NCBI GenBank assembly: GCA_016182185.1
Contig: JACOXU010000003.1
Coordinates: 1-55,973, forward strand
Length of the DNA stretch: 55,973 nt
Origin: Candidatus Levyibacteriota bacterium
GTDB lineage: Bacteria; Patescibacteriota; Microgenomatia; Levybacterales; UBA12049
Reading direction: 5' to 3'
In this document: positions 12,429-22,564 of the stretch, one piece after another
How the letters are laid out: the number at the start of each line of letters is the position of its first letter
How positions within the stretch are numbered: the stretch's first letter is position 1
The notes under the pieces: generated by a model
What the model saw: only the letters and a program-made list of their open reading frames with translations
The model's database searches: none
Told to the model about the DNA's origin: nothing
Position numbers and translations under genes: made by a program

Positions 12429-14906
12429 ATGAGCGATATAGGAAAAGTTAATAAAACAGAAATTACCACAGAGATGAAGAGTGCGTATCTGGATTACGCG
12501 ATGTCTGTCATTGTCCAGCGCGCCCTTCCTGATGTCCGTGATGGACTCAAGCCAGTCCACCGAAGAATCCTTTATGCCATGCATGAGATGGGTCTCTCTC
12601 ATTCGGCAAAATATTCAAAGAGTGCGAAAATCGTCGGAGAAGTTATGGGTAAGTATCATCCCCACGGAGATATGCCTATATATGATGCCCTAGTGCGCTT
12701 GGCTCAGGATTTTTCCATGCGATACCCATTAATCGACGGGCAGGGAAACTTTGGTTCACTCGACGGAGATCCACCGGCTGCCATGCGTTATACCGAAGCA
12801 AGAATGGCTGCAATAACCTCTGAGATGCTTTTTGACTTAGATAAAGAGACAGTTGACTATCTGGATAATTTCGATGCCACACTTAAAGAACCTATTTTCC
12901 TGCCCGCCAAACTGCCAAATCTGCTTCTTATGGGAAGCGAAGGAATAGCAGTTGGAATGGCGACCAAAATTCCTCCGCATAATCTGGGTGAAGTCATTGA
13001 TGCAATTATTTTCATAATTGAGAAAGCTAAATTTGAACCAAAGGCAAACGGAGAACATACCTTAATTTCAGACATAGTTGTTGATGATCTTTTGGAATTT
13101 ATAAAAGGCCCAGATTTTCCCACCGCAGGTAACATTTATGATATTTCGGAAATAAAAAATGTCTACACAACAGGAAGAGGGAAAATTCTGATTCGGGGAA
13201 AAGCAGAGATTGAAGATATAGGACAGGGGAAATCAGCTATTATCATCACGGAACTACCTTATCAGGTCAACAAGGCTCTTCTTGTCTCACGCATCGCAGA
13301 ACTTGCAAAAGAGAAAAGAATTGAAGGAATTTCAGACCTTCGGGATGAATCAGACAGACACGGAATGAGAGTCGTAATAGAACTTAAGCGCGATGCAGCA
13401 CCCAGGAAAGTTCTAAATAATTTATTCAAACATACGAGCCTTCAGACTTCTTTCCCCGCAAATATTGTAGCGCTTGTCAATGGAACCCCTCAGACTTTAA
13501 ATCTTAAGACGATTCTTGAAGAATATCTAAAGCATAGGTTCCTAGTCGTAAAAAGACGCTCAGAGTACGAACTCAAGCAGGCAAAAGCAAGACTTCATAT
13601 CTTAGAGGGACTTAAAATTGCGGTTGAAAATATTGATGCAGTGATAAAAACGATAAGAGAATCCAAAGATCAGGAAGATGCCAAAAACAATTTAATTACA
13701 AGGTTTAAGCTGACAGAAATTCAGGCAACGGCAATTTTGGATATGCAGCTTCGCCGCCTTGCAGCGCTTGAGAGACAAAAAATTGAAGATGAATACATAA
13801 TGGTTAAAGAAACCATTGCATATCTTGAGGATCTTCTCGCAACTCCTAAAAAAATTTTGACGGTAATTAAAGAAGAATTAGTAAAAATCAAAGAAAAGTA
13901 TGCAGATCTAAGACGGACAAAAGTATTCAAGAGTAAAGTCGGTGAATTCTCAGATGAAGATCTTATACCGAACGAGTCCACTGTCATGACGCTTACGAAT
14001 ACTGGCTATATCAAACGTCAAAGTCTTACCAGCTTTAAGACTCAGCATAGAGGAGGTAAGGGAATAAAAGGTATGACTACCAAAGATGAAGATGTAATTG
14101 CTCACATAAGATTTGCCCAAACTCATGACAACCTGCTTTTTTTCACAAATAAAGGAAAAGTATACCAGCTAAGAGCTTATGAAATAAACGAATCTGCCAG
14201 AACCAGTAAGGGAACCGCAATTGTAAACCTTTTAAATATAGAAGCAGGCGAAAAAGTCGAGTCTTTTATAAATTATAAAAAAGATGAAAAAAATGTCTTT
14301 ATTTTTCTAACTACCCGAAAAGGCACCGTTAAAAAATCCAGGCTCACTGAATTTGAGAATATAAGGAAAAACGGAATTGTAGCCATAAAATTGGATCGCG
14401 GAGATGAGCTTGTTTGGAGCGAACTTACAGATGGAGAAAAAGACATTATTCTTGCAACCAGAAATGGAAAAGCTATAAGGTTTGATGGCAAAAATGTGAG
14501 GCCAACTGGAAGAAATACCATGGGAGTACGTGGAGTCAAATTGGACGGAGACGATGTCGTAATAGGTATGGATATTGTCTCCCAAAAAGGCGATGCAGAT
14601 CTTTTCACCATTATGGAAAACGGTCTTGGCAAAAAGACTTCCTGCAAACTCTTCAGGGGTCAAAAAAGAGGAGGAAAAGGAGTAAAAGTTGCAAAAGTCA
14701 CACCAAAAACAGGAAAAGTAGTTCTTGCACAAGTAATACCTCCAAATAGTGAAGAAATCATTATAACCTCTAAGAAGGGGCAGGTAGTAAAACTTGAGAT
14801 ATCTTCAATTCCAAGACTTTCCCGAGATACACAAGGTGTAATCCTTATGCGTTTCTCAAATCCAAATGATCACGTAGCATCAACAACATTTGTCGAAAAA
14901 GATTAA
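12429..14906 (+). CDS. gyrA: DNA gyrase subunit A
   Basis: [22 protein letters not shown], GyrA-box QHRGGKG, C-terminal beta-pinwheel repeats. Confidence 0.97.
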   Translation: MSDIGKVNKTEITTEMKSAYLDYAMSVIVQRALPDVRDGLKPVHRRILYAMHEMGLSHSAKYSKSAKIVGEVMGKYHPHGDMPIYDALVRLAQDFSMRYPLIDGQGNFGSLDGDPPAAMRYTEARMAAITSEMLFDLDKETVDYLDNFDATLKEPIFLPAKLPNLLLMGSEGIAVGMATKIPPHNLGEVIDAIIFIIEKAKFEPKANGEHTLISDIVVDDLLEFIKGPDFPTAGNIYDISEIKNVYTTGRGKILIRGKAEIEDIGQGKSAIIITELPYQVNKALLVSRIAELAKEKRIEGISDLRDESDRHGMRVVIELKRDAAPRKVLNNLFKHTSLQTSFPANIVALVNGTPQTLNLKTILEEYLKHRFLVVKRRSEYELKQAKARLHILEGLKIAVENIDAVIKTIRESKDQEDAKNNLITRFKLTEIQATAILDMQLRRLAALERQKIEDEYIMVKETIAYLEDLLATPKKILTVIKEELVKIKEKYADLRRTKVFKSKVGEFSDEDLIPNESTVMTLTNTGYIKRQSLTSFKTQHRGGKGIKGMTTKDEDVIAHIRFAQTHDNLLFFTNKGKVYQLRAYEINESARTSKGTAIVNLLNIEAGEKVESFINYKKDEKNVFIFLTTRKGTVKKSRLTEFENIRKNGIVAIKLDRGDELVWSELTDGEKDIILATRNGKAIRFDGKNVRPTGRNTMGVRGVKLDGDDVVIGMDIVSQKGDADLFTIMENGLGKKTSCKLFRGQKRGGKGVKVAKVTPKTGKVVLAQVIPPNSEEIIITSKKGQVVKLEISSIPRLSRDTQGVILMRFSNPNDHVASTTFVEKD

Positions 14907-14909
14907 TTA

Positions 14910-15746
14910 ATGAAAATAGATGGAAAAAAAATTGCTGCCGAAATCTTGGACGATCTTGGACAAGAAATTACAACGCTTAAAAAAAGAGAGATTGTTCCTC
15001 ATCTTCATATAATCACACTCACAACCGATGCAGCATCCGAAGCATATGTTTCTCAAAAAAAACTTAAAGGTACAGAAATTAGAGCAGAGATTATTGTCGA
15101 AAATTTAAACCCTAAAACAACTACATCAGAGCTTTTGCAAAAAATTAAACTTTTAAATAAAGATCTAAAAGTTCATGGAATTATCATACAAAGACCTATA
15201 CCTTCCCAAATATCAGAAACGGAAATTGCCAATTCTATTGATCCTCAAAAAGATGTCGACGGATTTCATCCTAACTCAGATTTTATGCCTCCGGTCGCAT
15301 TGGCTGTGTTAAGAATTCTGGAAGAAGTTTATAAAACTCAAGCTGAAAATTTTAATTTTACTGAAATTCTGAAGTCAAAAAAAATTACCGTGGTAGGTAG
15401 GGGAGTAACTGCGGGTAAACCAATCATAAGAACTTTACAAAAATTAGGGGCTCAACCGCTAATAGTAACGAGCAGAACGGAAAATAAACAAGAAATTTTA
15501 AAAAATTCAGATATTATAATAAGTGCCGTCGGAAAACCAAATATTATTAGAGGAGAAAATCTTAAAAACGGAGTAATTTTAATTGGAGTCGGTATGTTTA
15601 AAGATGAAAACGGGAAGTTCAGGAGCGACTATAACGAAGAAGAAATAAAAGATATAGCTTCTTTTTATACCGCTACTCCCGGCGGTGTGGGTCCGATCAA
15701 CGTCGCAATGCTCCTCTCAAACCTGGTAAAATCCGCCGAAAATTAA
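14910..15746 (+). CDS. folD: Methylenetetrahydrofolate dehydrogenase/cyclohydrolase
   Basis: IDGKKIA, VHGIIIQRP, KDVDG, TPGGVGP. Confidence 0.93.
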   Translation: MKIDGKKIAAEILDDLGQEITTLKKREIVPHLHIITLTTDAASEAYVSQKKLKGTEIRAEIIVENLNPKTTTSELLQKIKLLNKDLKVHGIIIQRPIPSQISETEIANSIDPQKDVDGFHPNSDFMPPVALAVLRILEEVYKTQAENFNFTEILKSKKITVVGRGVTAGKPIIRTLQKLGAQPLIVTSRTENKQEILKNSDIIISAVGKPNIIRGENLKNGVILIGVGMFKDENGKFRSDYNEEEIKDIASFYTATPGGVGPINVAMLLSNLVKSAEN

Positions 15747-15748
15747 TA

Positions 15749-15777
15749 TTGACATAACAATAATCTAACGATAGAAT
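15749..15777 (+). promoter_or_regulatory. Sigma70 promoter, leaderless-type
   Basis: TTGACA-N17-TAGAAT, 7 nt before ATG 15785. Confidence 0.7.
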
Positions 15778-15784
15778 AGCTCAA

Positions 15785-16120
15785 ATGACAACCGAGATTG
15801 AACAGAAAATCCAAGTACGTGGGATTCATTTTGAAAACCCTCTAAGAAAAAATGTTATCAAGGCAACAGCAACAATAACAGTTAGTAGGAAAAGATTTGG
15901 ATTAATTCAGTCAAGAATGGGTGTTATTACCGCAAGTAGTGGAGAACCTGGTGAAGATCTTAGAAAACTATTTTTGTTGGGACTTAATGTGGCAAATATC
16001 CTGATGCCTAGTCTTGTACATCATGTTCTGAAAGAAACCTTAACTCCAAGGCAATACCAGAGAGCGCTAAGGGCAAATCAGGAAGGAAAAATCTTAAAAT
16101 TTGCTAGGGCTAGAAAATAA
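15785..16120 (+). CDS. Hypothetical basic protein
   Basis: 111-aa ORF with its own consensus promoter. Confidence 0.65.
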   Translation: MTTEIEQKIQVRGIHFENPLRKNVIKATATITVSRKRFGLIQSRMGVITASSGEPGEDLRKLFLLGLNVANILMPSLVHHVLKETLTPRQYQRALRANQEGKILKFARARK

Positions 16121-16162
16121 ATTCGACAAGTTGACATGATTTGAAAATTCTGTTAAAGTTTA

Positions 16163-16194
16163 ATCCCAGAACCCAAAAGGTCCTGGGTTTTTTT
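16163..16194 (+). terminator. Intrinsic-terminator-like hairpin with U-tract
   Basis: CCCAG...CTGGG stem followed by T7. Confidence 0.45.
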
Positions 16195-16596
16195 ATGAGA
16201 AACCAAGCAGAGAAAGAAAAACGCAATTCAGCTCCTACTCAAACTTCGCAACGTGACTTGATTAGCAACAACAATGTAGAAAACGTATTACAAGATCTCA
16301 ATAAGACTACCATTCTTAATGCCGGACAGGTGTATTTAAACGGGAAAAACTCGATCTGGATTGTTGAACATCATTATTTTAGCTCTAACTGTGAAGGAAA
16401 AGTCTATTTTGTTGCTCAAATTGAAAACGGGAATGTATTTAAAAACGTTGGTAATGATTGTACTAAATGCCCTGGATCAATGCCCAGATTAAATATTTCA
16501 ATTACAAAAGCAGAGTTAGAGCGAAAAATTGAAGAAGATGCATTTAAGGAACGCAAGCTTCACGAACTGAGATCTCAAGCCAATGGATCTAAATAA
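16195..16596 (+). CDS. Hypothetical protein
   Basis: ORF from ATG 16195; contains C..CxxC; promoter TTGACA-N17-TAAAGT at 16131-16159. Confidence 0.6.
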   Translation: MRNQAEKEKRNSAPTQTSQRDLISNNNVENVLQDLNKTTILNAGQVYLNGKNSIWIVEHHYFSSNCEGKVYFVAQIENGNVFKNVGNDCTKCPGSMPRLNISITKAELERKIEEDAFKERKLHELRSQANGSK

Positions 16597-16653
16597 TTTT
16601 TTTAGATAGTATTGACATAAAATAAATAAAACTTATACTATTAATAGATACCT

Positions 16654-17400
16654 ATGAAAGAGCAGAATGGAGCATTAGTCGCGGTAATCATCTTCTTCAT
16701 TGGGCTTTTTATTTACACCAAACTTGCCGGGCCGATTCCTTTTTTTGTCAATAGTGTTCAGACTAGTAAAGCCAGTTTTTTCCAGGCAGATGGCACAGGT
16801 AAAGCAGCAGCTGCCCCTGATATTGCGAAAGTTTCTTTTGGTGTGACCAAAAATGCCACAACAGTAGCTGATGCACAAAATCAAGTAAATTCAAATATTG
16901 AGAATATTTTAAAATCCCTAAAAGACCTCTCAATTGAAGAAGAAGATATAAAAACAACTAATTATTCTGTTTACCCCAACTATAATTTTAACGAAACCCG
17001 CCAGCAAATCTCAGGTTATACAGTTACACAGAATATCGATGTTGAAATTAAAAAAATTGATAAAGTAAATAACGCAGTCGATGCCATAACCAGCAATGGA
17101 GGCAATCTTGTCGGACAAATTACCTTTGATTTTGACAAAGAAACCCGAAGGAAACTTGAAGATCAGGCCCGAAAAGAAGCAGTTGAAACTGCTAAGGAAA
17201 AAGCCCAGAGCCTGGCCAGAGCCTCTGGAATTCGCTTGGGCAAGATTATAAATGTAGAAGAAAACACAAATATCAGGCCCATGCCTATTTATGCGGACAC
17301 TGTCGGCAGAGTAGGGGCGCCTGCTGAGAAAGCAACCGAAATCACGCCCGGACAATCTTCAATTCAGATAACCGTAATATTATCCTACGAAATCCGGTAA
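16654..17400 (+). CDS. SIMPL (DUF541/BP26) domain protein
   Basis: N-terminal TM; GTGKAAAAPD, IKTTNYSVYPNY, AKEKAQSLA, ITPG. Confidence 0.9.
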   Translation: MKEQNGALVAVIIFFIGLFIYTKLAGPIPFFVNSVQTSKASFFQADGTGKAAAAPDIAKVSFGVTKNATTVADAQNQVNSNIENILKSLKDLSIEEEDIKTTNYSVYPNYNFNETRQQISGYTVTQNIDVEIKKIDKVNNAVDAITSNGGNLVGQITFDFDKETRRKLEDQARKEAVETAKEKAQSLARASGIRLGKIINVEENTNIRPMPIYADTVGRVGAPAEKATEITPGQSSIQITVILSYEIR

Positions 17401-17556
17401 TTGACTTATATAAAAGGGCATCTTAGAGAAACTCAAGATTTTGTTCACGCAAAATTACTGACAGTTGATGATGGAAAGGTATTATTTGGATCACATAATT
17501 TGACGATATCCGGAGTAAATACGGACACGCAGGAAATAGTTTTTTTCAAGCAGTAA
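17401..17556 (+). pseudogene. Phospholipase D-family fragment (single HKD motif)
   Basis: Translated by hand: LTYIKGHLRETQDFVHAKLLTVDDGKVLFGSHNLTISGVNTDTQEIVFFKQ*, i.e. HxKxxxxD...GSxN. Confidence 0.75.
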
Positions 17557-17558
17557 AT

Positions 17559-18488
17559 TTACTTATTTCCGCTGTGGAATTTTTCGTGGATATTTTTAAG
17601 CTGGGGGTTTGTAATATGTGTATAAATTTGGGTTGTAGAGATATTTTTATGTCCCAACATTTCTTGTACCGATCTTATGTCGGCTCCATTGAAAAGAAGG
17701 TCGGTGGCAAAGGAATGACGAAGTGTATGAACTGTCGCATCAACTGGAAGTCGGGCTGCTTTTACATATTTTTTGACAATCCTTTCAATGCTTCTTGAAG
17801 TAAGTCTCATTTTCTCTCCTCGATTTTCAGGGGTTTCCCGACCCGAATAACGGCGGAAAAGAGGTGCAAAATTATCTTTTCTTTCACTCAAATACTTTTT
17901 TATCCATTCGGCCGCACGGTCCGAGATAAATACCAATCTGGATTTTCCGCCTTTTCCGATTACTCCAAATTCTCTGCGTTCTACATTTATTTTTTCCCGG
18001 TTTAAAGACACGAGCTCTGAAACACGAAGACCGGTAGAGAAGAGAAGTTCCAAAATCGCCCTGTCTCTCACTCCTTCTTCTTTTGAGGTATCGATTGAAA
18101 TTATAAGCCTGTCAACTTGATCTTTATCCAAAAACTTCAACGATCTGCTTTCTGTCTTGGGAAGATCGATCTTTGAAGGCTCTAGGGTCTTGTGGTCGTT
18201 CTTAATCAGATAGCGAAGAAATGACCGAAGTGCAATTACATAATAATTTTGAGTAACTCTTTTTAAAGTCATTCCCTTATCATCGGCTCTATTTGAAAGA
18301 AAAACTCTATACTTTCTTACAATTGATAAATCTAAATTTTCTATGGATTTATCAGGCAGGGCAGAGGAGAACCACTGGTTAAAGACATCAAGATAGTGCC
18401 TGTAATCTCTTATCGTAAGCTTTGAGCAGTTCCTTTCAACCTCAAGATATTCTAAAAACTCGTCTATAAGTTCGGGCAAATGTTTCAT
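17559..18488 (-). CDS. XerC/XerD-family tyrosine recombinase (intact)
   Basis: TGLRVSE, GKGGKSR, HTLRH, LGH, TQIY all present; start placed at ATG 18488 (MKHLPEL). Confidence 0.93.
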   Translation of the reverse strand: MKHLPELIDEFLEYLEVERNCSKLTIRDYRHYLDVFNQWFSSALPDKSIENLDLSIVRKYRVFLSNRADDKGMTLKRVTQNYYVIALRSFLRYLIKNDHKTLEPSKIDLPKTESRSLKFLDKDQVDRLIISIDTSKEEGVRDRAILELLFSTGLRVSELVSLNREKINVERREFGVIGKGGKSRLVFISDRAAEWIKKYLSERKDNFAPLFRRYSGRETPENRGEKMRLTSRSIERIVKKYVKAARLPVDATVHTLRHSFATDLLFNGADIRSVQEMLGHKNISTTQIYTHITNPQLKNIHEKFHSGNK

Positions 18489-18506
18489 AAGACATTTAAA
18501 GTATAC

Positions 18507-18625
18507 TCGTTTATTTTGCGACGTGCAAATGTCGTAAAAATAAACGAAATTATGCGACACGCGTGTCTGCACAATGGGCTCAAATTTTCCGACATGCATA
18601 TTGGAAAATTTTTCTTCTGCGACAT
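18507..18625. repeat. Cluster of inverted repeats with about six ATGTCGYAAAA-like half-sites upstream of xer
   Basis: IR 18507-18547; 12-bp palindrome GACACGCGTGTC; IR 18582-18611; the motif CGAC/GTCG recurs. Confidence 0.7.
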
Positions 18626-18690
18626 ACTCGGTTATTTCCTGAAGTAAACTTGACAATCAAAGCCAAAACAACTCATACTAAATATATAGT

Positions 18691-20202
18691 ATGCGGGAAG
18701 AATATATCAAACTAATTAAGGAGTACATTAAACTTAAACCGGAGTACAGACACACACTTGATGAGATAAAGGCAAATGTTTTGAGCGTAGGGGCAACAGA
18801 GACAGAATTTGAACAGGCAATTAAAGAAATAACAGGGTTACCAACTCCATCAATTGTTTTAATTCAAACTATAAAGCCGCAAATTCAAGCAATAAAAAAA
18901 GAAAAATATTATAAGGAAATACATGATAAAGCCTCTGGCTTCTTAAAAAATTTAAACGGGCGCTTTAAAAGGAACAAACGGTGGTTTGCCGCAAGCTTCC
19001 TTTCAGCAGTTGTTGCAACTTCTTTTTCATTTGTAAATTTTAAGCTGCCGCCGCAGACCTCTAATAATATAGTCCAGGTTTCAAGAAAAATAATTGAAAA
19101 TAAAACTAAATTTCCAATTGTTTACGCAAATTCTATGCCAATAGATGCAGAAAAAACATTTTCCTTCAAACCTGTTAACGACATAAGGCTCACAGTTACC
19201 AATAAGCCAAGAAGGGAAGTGCTAGGTTTTTTCCCCTACTGGATGCTTCCAATTGAGGAAAAAATCAGCCTTGATACGCTTACCACGATAAGTCTTTTTG
19301 CTATTGAGATAGATGGAACGGGAAATATCGTTACTCAAAATTCTGAAGGGAAGCTCGATGGGGGATGGACTATGTGGCAGAGTCCTGAATTAAATACCCT
19401 TATAAAAAGAGCCAAGAACCAAAATATAAAGATATACTTAACATTGAAATCATTTAGTAATGAAAACATTGTAAATCTTGCTTTAAATGACGAATCGCAA
19501 AAAAGTTTTATTTCAAACGCTTTGTATCTCGTGAATTCCAAAAATCTTGATGGAGTAAATATTGATTTTGAATATACAGGAGAAGTAAATCTTGAAATTA
19601 AGAAAGGCTTCACCAGGCTAATTACAAACCTAAATTCTGAACTCAAAAGACAAATTCCAGAATCAGTTCTAACTATAGATACCTTTCTCGTTTCAGGATC
19701 AGAAAATGGTATCTTTGACATCCAAGCTCTATCAAGGGAAAGTGATGCGTTTGTGATTATGGGATATGATATGCATACGCCGCTTGGTGATCCCGGGCCG
19801 GTCTCCGCCATGGGAGGCACTACAAATATAGTAGGGTATGTGCAAGGGTACCTTGAGAAAGCACCTCCTGAAAAGATAATTTTGGCGGTTCCTTATTATG
19901 GCTATGACTGGCCGGCCGATTCAAATGCAGAACAAAGGGTAAAAATTCTACCATTTGCCGAAATCCTAGAGCTGAGTCAAGATTTTAAGCTTGCCTGGGA
20001 TGAAACTTCACAAACTCCACACTTTAACTACACCGAAGATGGAATAAAACGAGTAGTCCATTTTGATAATGTACGCTCTCTTGGAATCAAATATGATTTT
20101 ATTAACAAAAAGGATTTAAGAGGTGTTGGGATCTGGGCATTGGGCTATGACGGCTTAAATTCGGACTTGCAGAAGTTAATTCTGGACAAATTCTCTGATT
20201 GA
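18691..20202 (+). CDS. Membrane-anchored glycoside hydrolase family 18
   Basis: LDGVNIDFEY, IMGYD, LAVPYYG, GVGIWALGYD. Confidence 0.9.
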   Translation: MREEYIKLIKEYIKLKPEYRHTLDEIKANVLSVGATETEFEQAIKEITGLPTPSIVLIQTIKPQIQAIKKEKYYKEIHDKASGFLKNLNGRFKRNKRWFAASFLSAVVATSFSFVNFKLPPQTSNNIVQVSRKIIENKTKFPIVYANSMPIDAEKTFSFKPVNDIRLTVTNKPRREVLGFFPYWMLPIEEKISLDTLTTISLFAIEIDGTGNIVTQNSEGKLDGGWTMWQSPELNTLIKRAKNQNIKIYLTLKSFSNENIVNLALNDESQKSFISNALYLVNSKNLDGVNIDFEYTGEVNLEIKKGFTRLITNLNSELKRQIPESVLTIDTFLVSGSENGIFDIQALSRESDAFVIMGYDMHTPLGDPGPVSAMGGTTNIVGYVQGYLEKAPPEKIILAVPYYGYDWPADSNAEQRVKILPFAEILELSQDFKLAWDETSQTPHFNYTEDGIKRVVHFDNVRSLGIKYDFINKKDLRGVGIWALGYDGLNSDLQKLILDKFSD

Positions 20203-20236
20203 TACAGGAACTTCATCTTCATCGAAGCAAAATAAA

Positions 20237-21613
20237 ATGAAATATAAAGAAAAATACAAGGATTGCCTTGAATATATAGAATCATATTGGAATAAGATTA
20301 TCCGAAAACCTGCAAGGCAAAAGATTAACAATAATTTCATAACTATTCCCAATCACTTCCTTACTCCCAATGATAAAAAATTTTCCTATATATTTTATTG
20401 GGATAGTTTTTTCATGTTTAGAGGTCTGATGGGCACCAAGAAAGAGTGGCTTATGAAAGATATGGTGGAAAATTTTGTCTTTCTTTTCAACCGTTACCAT
20501 ATTATTCCAAACCTCAATTCTCATGCTGCCGTAAACAGATCCCAGCCTCCATTCCTGACTTCTATGATTCTTGATGCATATAAGACATTCAACAATGGTA
20601 ACGGTTCTCTTAAGGGCTTTTCTTTATTTAAGAATCTTTTACTTAGCCCTAGAGCAACATTTGGAAATATAAATTGGCTCAGGGAAAAAATGGAAATTGC
20701 CAAAAAAGAATATGATCAGGTTTGGAATAATAATACTCACTATAATCATTTTGTAAAAAAATATTCTTTAAATAGATACGGTGATAGAGATATAGGCTAC
20801 GCTCATTCATCAGAACTTGAATCAGGTTGGGATTTCACTTCGAGATTCTATAACAGATGTAATGAGTTCTTGCCAATAGATTTAAATTGTTATCTTTATA
20901 AATATGAGAAAGATTTCGAACTAGTCTCTTCGATGCTTGGAGATAAAGATGAAGCAGACTATTGGCAAAGTCTTGCATCGAAAAGAAAAAACATTATAAA
21001 TCGTCTGATGTGGAATGAAAAAACAGGTTTTTTCTTTGATTTTGGCCACCATTTTAACAGACAAAGTAACTTTTATTCCCTTGCGGGATTTGTACCTCTA
21101 TGGACAGAACTTGCATCTTTTGACCAGGCAAAAAAAATGGTATCAAATTTAAAACACTTTGAAAGTGATTATGGTCTTTTTATAACTTCTGAAAAATCCA
21201 TTCCGCCAAAGATAGATCTGTCCAAAATTCCAACTCGTTTCAGGCCTGCAATAGAAGAAATAGTTACAGGTAAACAATGGGATTTCCCCAATATCTGGCC
21301 GCCTCTTGAGTATCTTACGGTTATTGGGCTTTTGAAATATGGATTTATTGAGGAAGCAAGAAAAATCATGGAAAAATCCGTTGCTGCGCATGCCGGGATT
21401 TACAGAAAATATAAAACTTTCTTCGAAAGAATAGATGGGGCCACGGGCGATAAGCCCAAAAATTCTCAGTACCCTATTCAATCAGGTTTCGGCTGGACAA
21501 ATGCGATATTTTTCAGATATATACGGATTTTGGATGACTTGGAAAATGGAAAAAATATTTATACGTTCCCTAAGGAAGAGGCTCCGCCTTTTGATTTTTC
21601 AATATTGAATTAA
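20237..21613 (+). CDS. Trehalase-like glycoside hydrolase family 37
   Basis: FYWDSFF, NRSQPP, ESGWDFTSR, QWDFPNIWPP, GFGWTNA. Confidence 0.9.
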   Translation: MKYKEKYKDCLEYIESYWNKIIRKPARQKINNNFITIPNHFLTPNDKKFSYIFYWDSFFMFRGLMGTKKEWLMKDMVENFVFLFNRYHIIPNLNSHAAVNRSQPPFLTSMILDAYKTFNNGNGSLKGFSLFKNLLLSPRATFGNINWLREKMEIAKKEYDQVWNNNTHYNHFVKKYSLNRYGDRDIGYAHSSELESGWDFTSRFYNRCNEFLPIDLNCYLYKYEKDFELVSSMLGDKDEADYWQSLASKRKNIINRLMWNEKTGFFFDFGHHFNRQSNFYSLAGFVPLWTELASFDQAKKMVSNLKHFESDYGLFITSEKSIPPKIDLSKIPTRFRPAIEEIVTGKQWDFPNIWPPLEYLTVIGLLKYGFIEEARKIMEKSVAAHAGIYRKYKTFFERIDGATGDKPKNSQYPIQSGFGWTNAIFFRYIRILDDLENGKNIYTFPKEEAPPFDFSILN

Positions 21614-21662
21614 ACTTCCAAAATTTGACAAAATTCTATGCGCGTACTAAACTGGTATCAAT

Positions 21663-22370
21663 ATGGAAGGTTCAAGTGAAGCTCCGCCATCAGTAAAGTA
21701 TCGTACGGGTTTAAATGTAGGTGAGTTCAAAGAAAGACAAGCGGCGACAGAAAAACCCAAGCAGTCTTTACTGGCCAAAGCAAGAAATGTCGTTTTGGCT
21801 GGTCTTGGAATAGCAGGAGCGGGAGCCGCAGCCGAAACAACCGTACATCCTGCCGAACACATAGCCGACGCTGTTGTTCAAGGAGCAGAAGGAATAAAAC
21901 AGGCTGGAGAAAGATTGGTTGACTTACACAACGAAGATCCTGCAATCCGGCAGAAAAGTGAAGAGATCGCAGGTAAACTAAATGGGACTATTCCTCTTTT
22001 AGAAGGAGAAGGAATTGAAAAAATTAAACTCGTTCCGGCCGGTGCTACTTTTGAAGAACGCCAGCAAATGGAAAGAGACCAAACTCTCATCAATGTAAGA
22101 AATTATCCGGGAACAAATACACCTGACGGCAGGTTTAGTACTATTATCGAACAATTACCCCAGGGAACTATTATAGAACATGCAGTCTTAGTAAAAGGCG
22201 GCGTGCCTCATCCATCAAACCCTACTGACACTCAGGACTGGTGGGGTTTTATATACAGAAAACCTGGTGAAGATCCAAATGAGCCTGGCAAAATAGGATT
22301 TGCCTTTGGTATTTATGGTGAACCCGTTCAAGCAGAATCAGCACCTCCAATTCCTCCTACTCTTGAGTAG
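21663..22370 (+). CDS. Hypothetical secreted/anchored protein, possible SH3b-like C-terminus
   Basis: Ala/Gly-rich hydrophobic segment; INVRNYPGT resembles the SH3b 'lNvR..P' motif; promoter at 21625-21653. Confidence 0.65.
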   Translation: MEGSSEAPPSVKYRTGLNVGEFKERQAATEKPKQSLLAKARNVVLAGLGIAGAGAAAETTVHPAEHIADAVVQGAEGIKQAGERLVDLHNEDPAIRQKSEEIAGKLNGTIPLLEGEGIEKIKLVPAGATFEERQQMERDQTLINVRNYPGTNTPDGRFSTIIEQLPQGTIIEHAVLVKGGVPHPSNPTDTQDWWGFIYRKPGEDPNEPGKIGFAFGIYGEPVQAESAPPIPPTLE

Positions 22371-22526
22371 TTATTTTCTTATGCTGCTGTGATTAAACGC
22401 TAAGGAAAATGGTCTTTTAAAAACTTCTGGTAAAGTTCCGATAGGTTTTTTAAAAACATCAGGAAGTGTACCGTGATTATTATTAAATACCCTTGGCAGT
22501 CTTCTTAGTTGCTCATTCTTTTTCAT
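22371..22526 (-). CDS. Small protein with three LPxVF repeats
   Basis: MKKNEQLRRLPRVFNNNHGTLPDVFKKPIGTLPEVFKRP...; the repeats differ mostly at synonymous sites. Confidence 0.45.
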   Translation of the reverse strand: MKKNEQLRRLPRVFNNNHGTLPDVFKKPIGTLPEVFKRPFSLAFNHSSIRK

Positions 22527-22564
22527 TTTTAATGGGCTGATTAAACCATAAATGATAATTAGTG

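Noticed and set aside
15749..18488. Integron (tyrosine recombinase plus cassette-like orphans)
   Set aside because: No IntI-specific insertion in the recombinase and no attC RYYYAAC/GTTRRRY sites recognised
18489..18656. N-terminal extension of the xer ORF in the ORF track
   Set aside because: Runs through palindromic non-coding-like DNA; the typical Xer N-terminus begins at ATG 18488 after a -10 box
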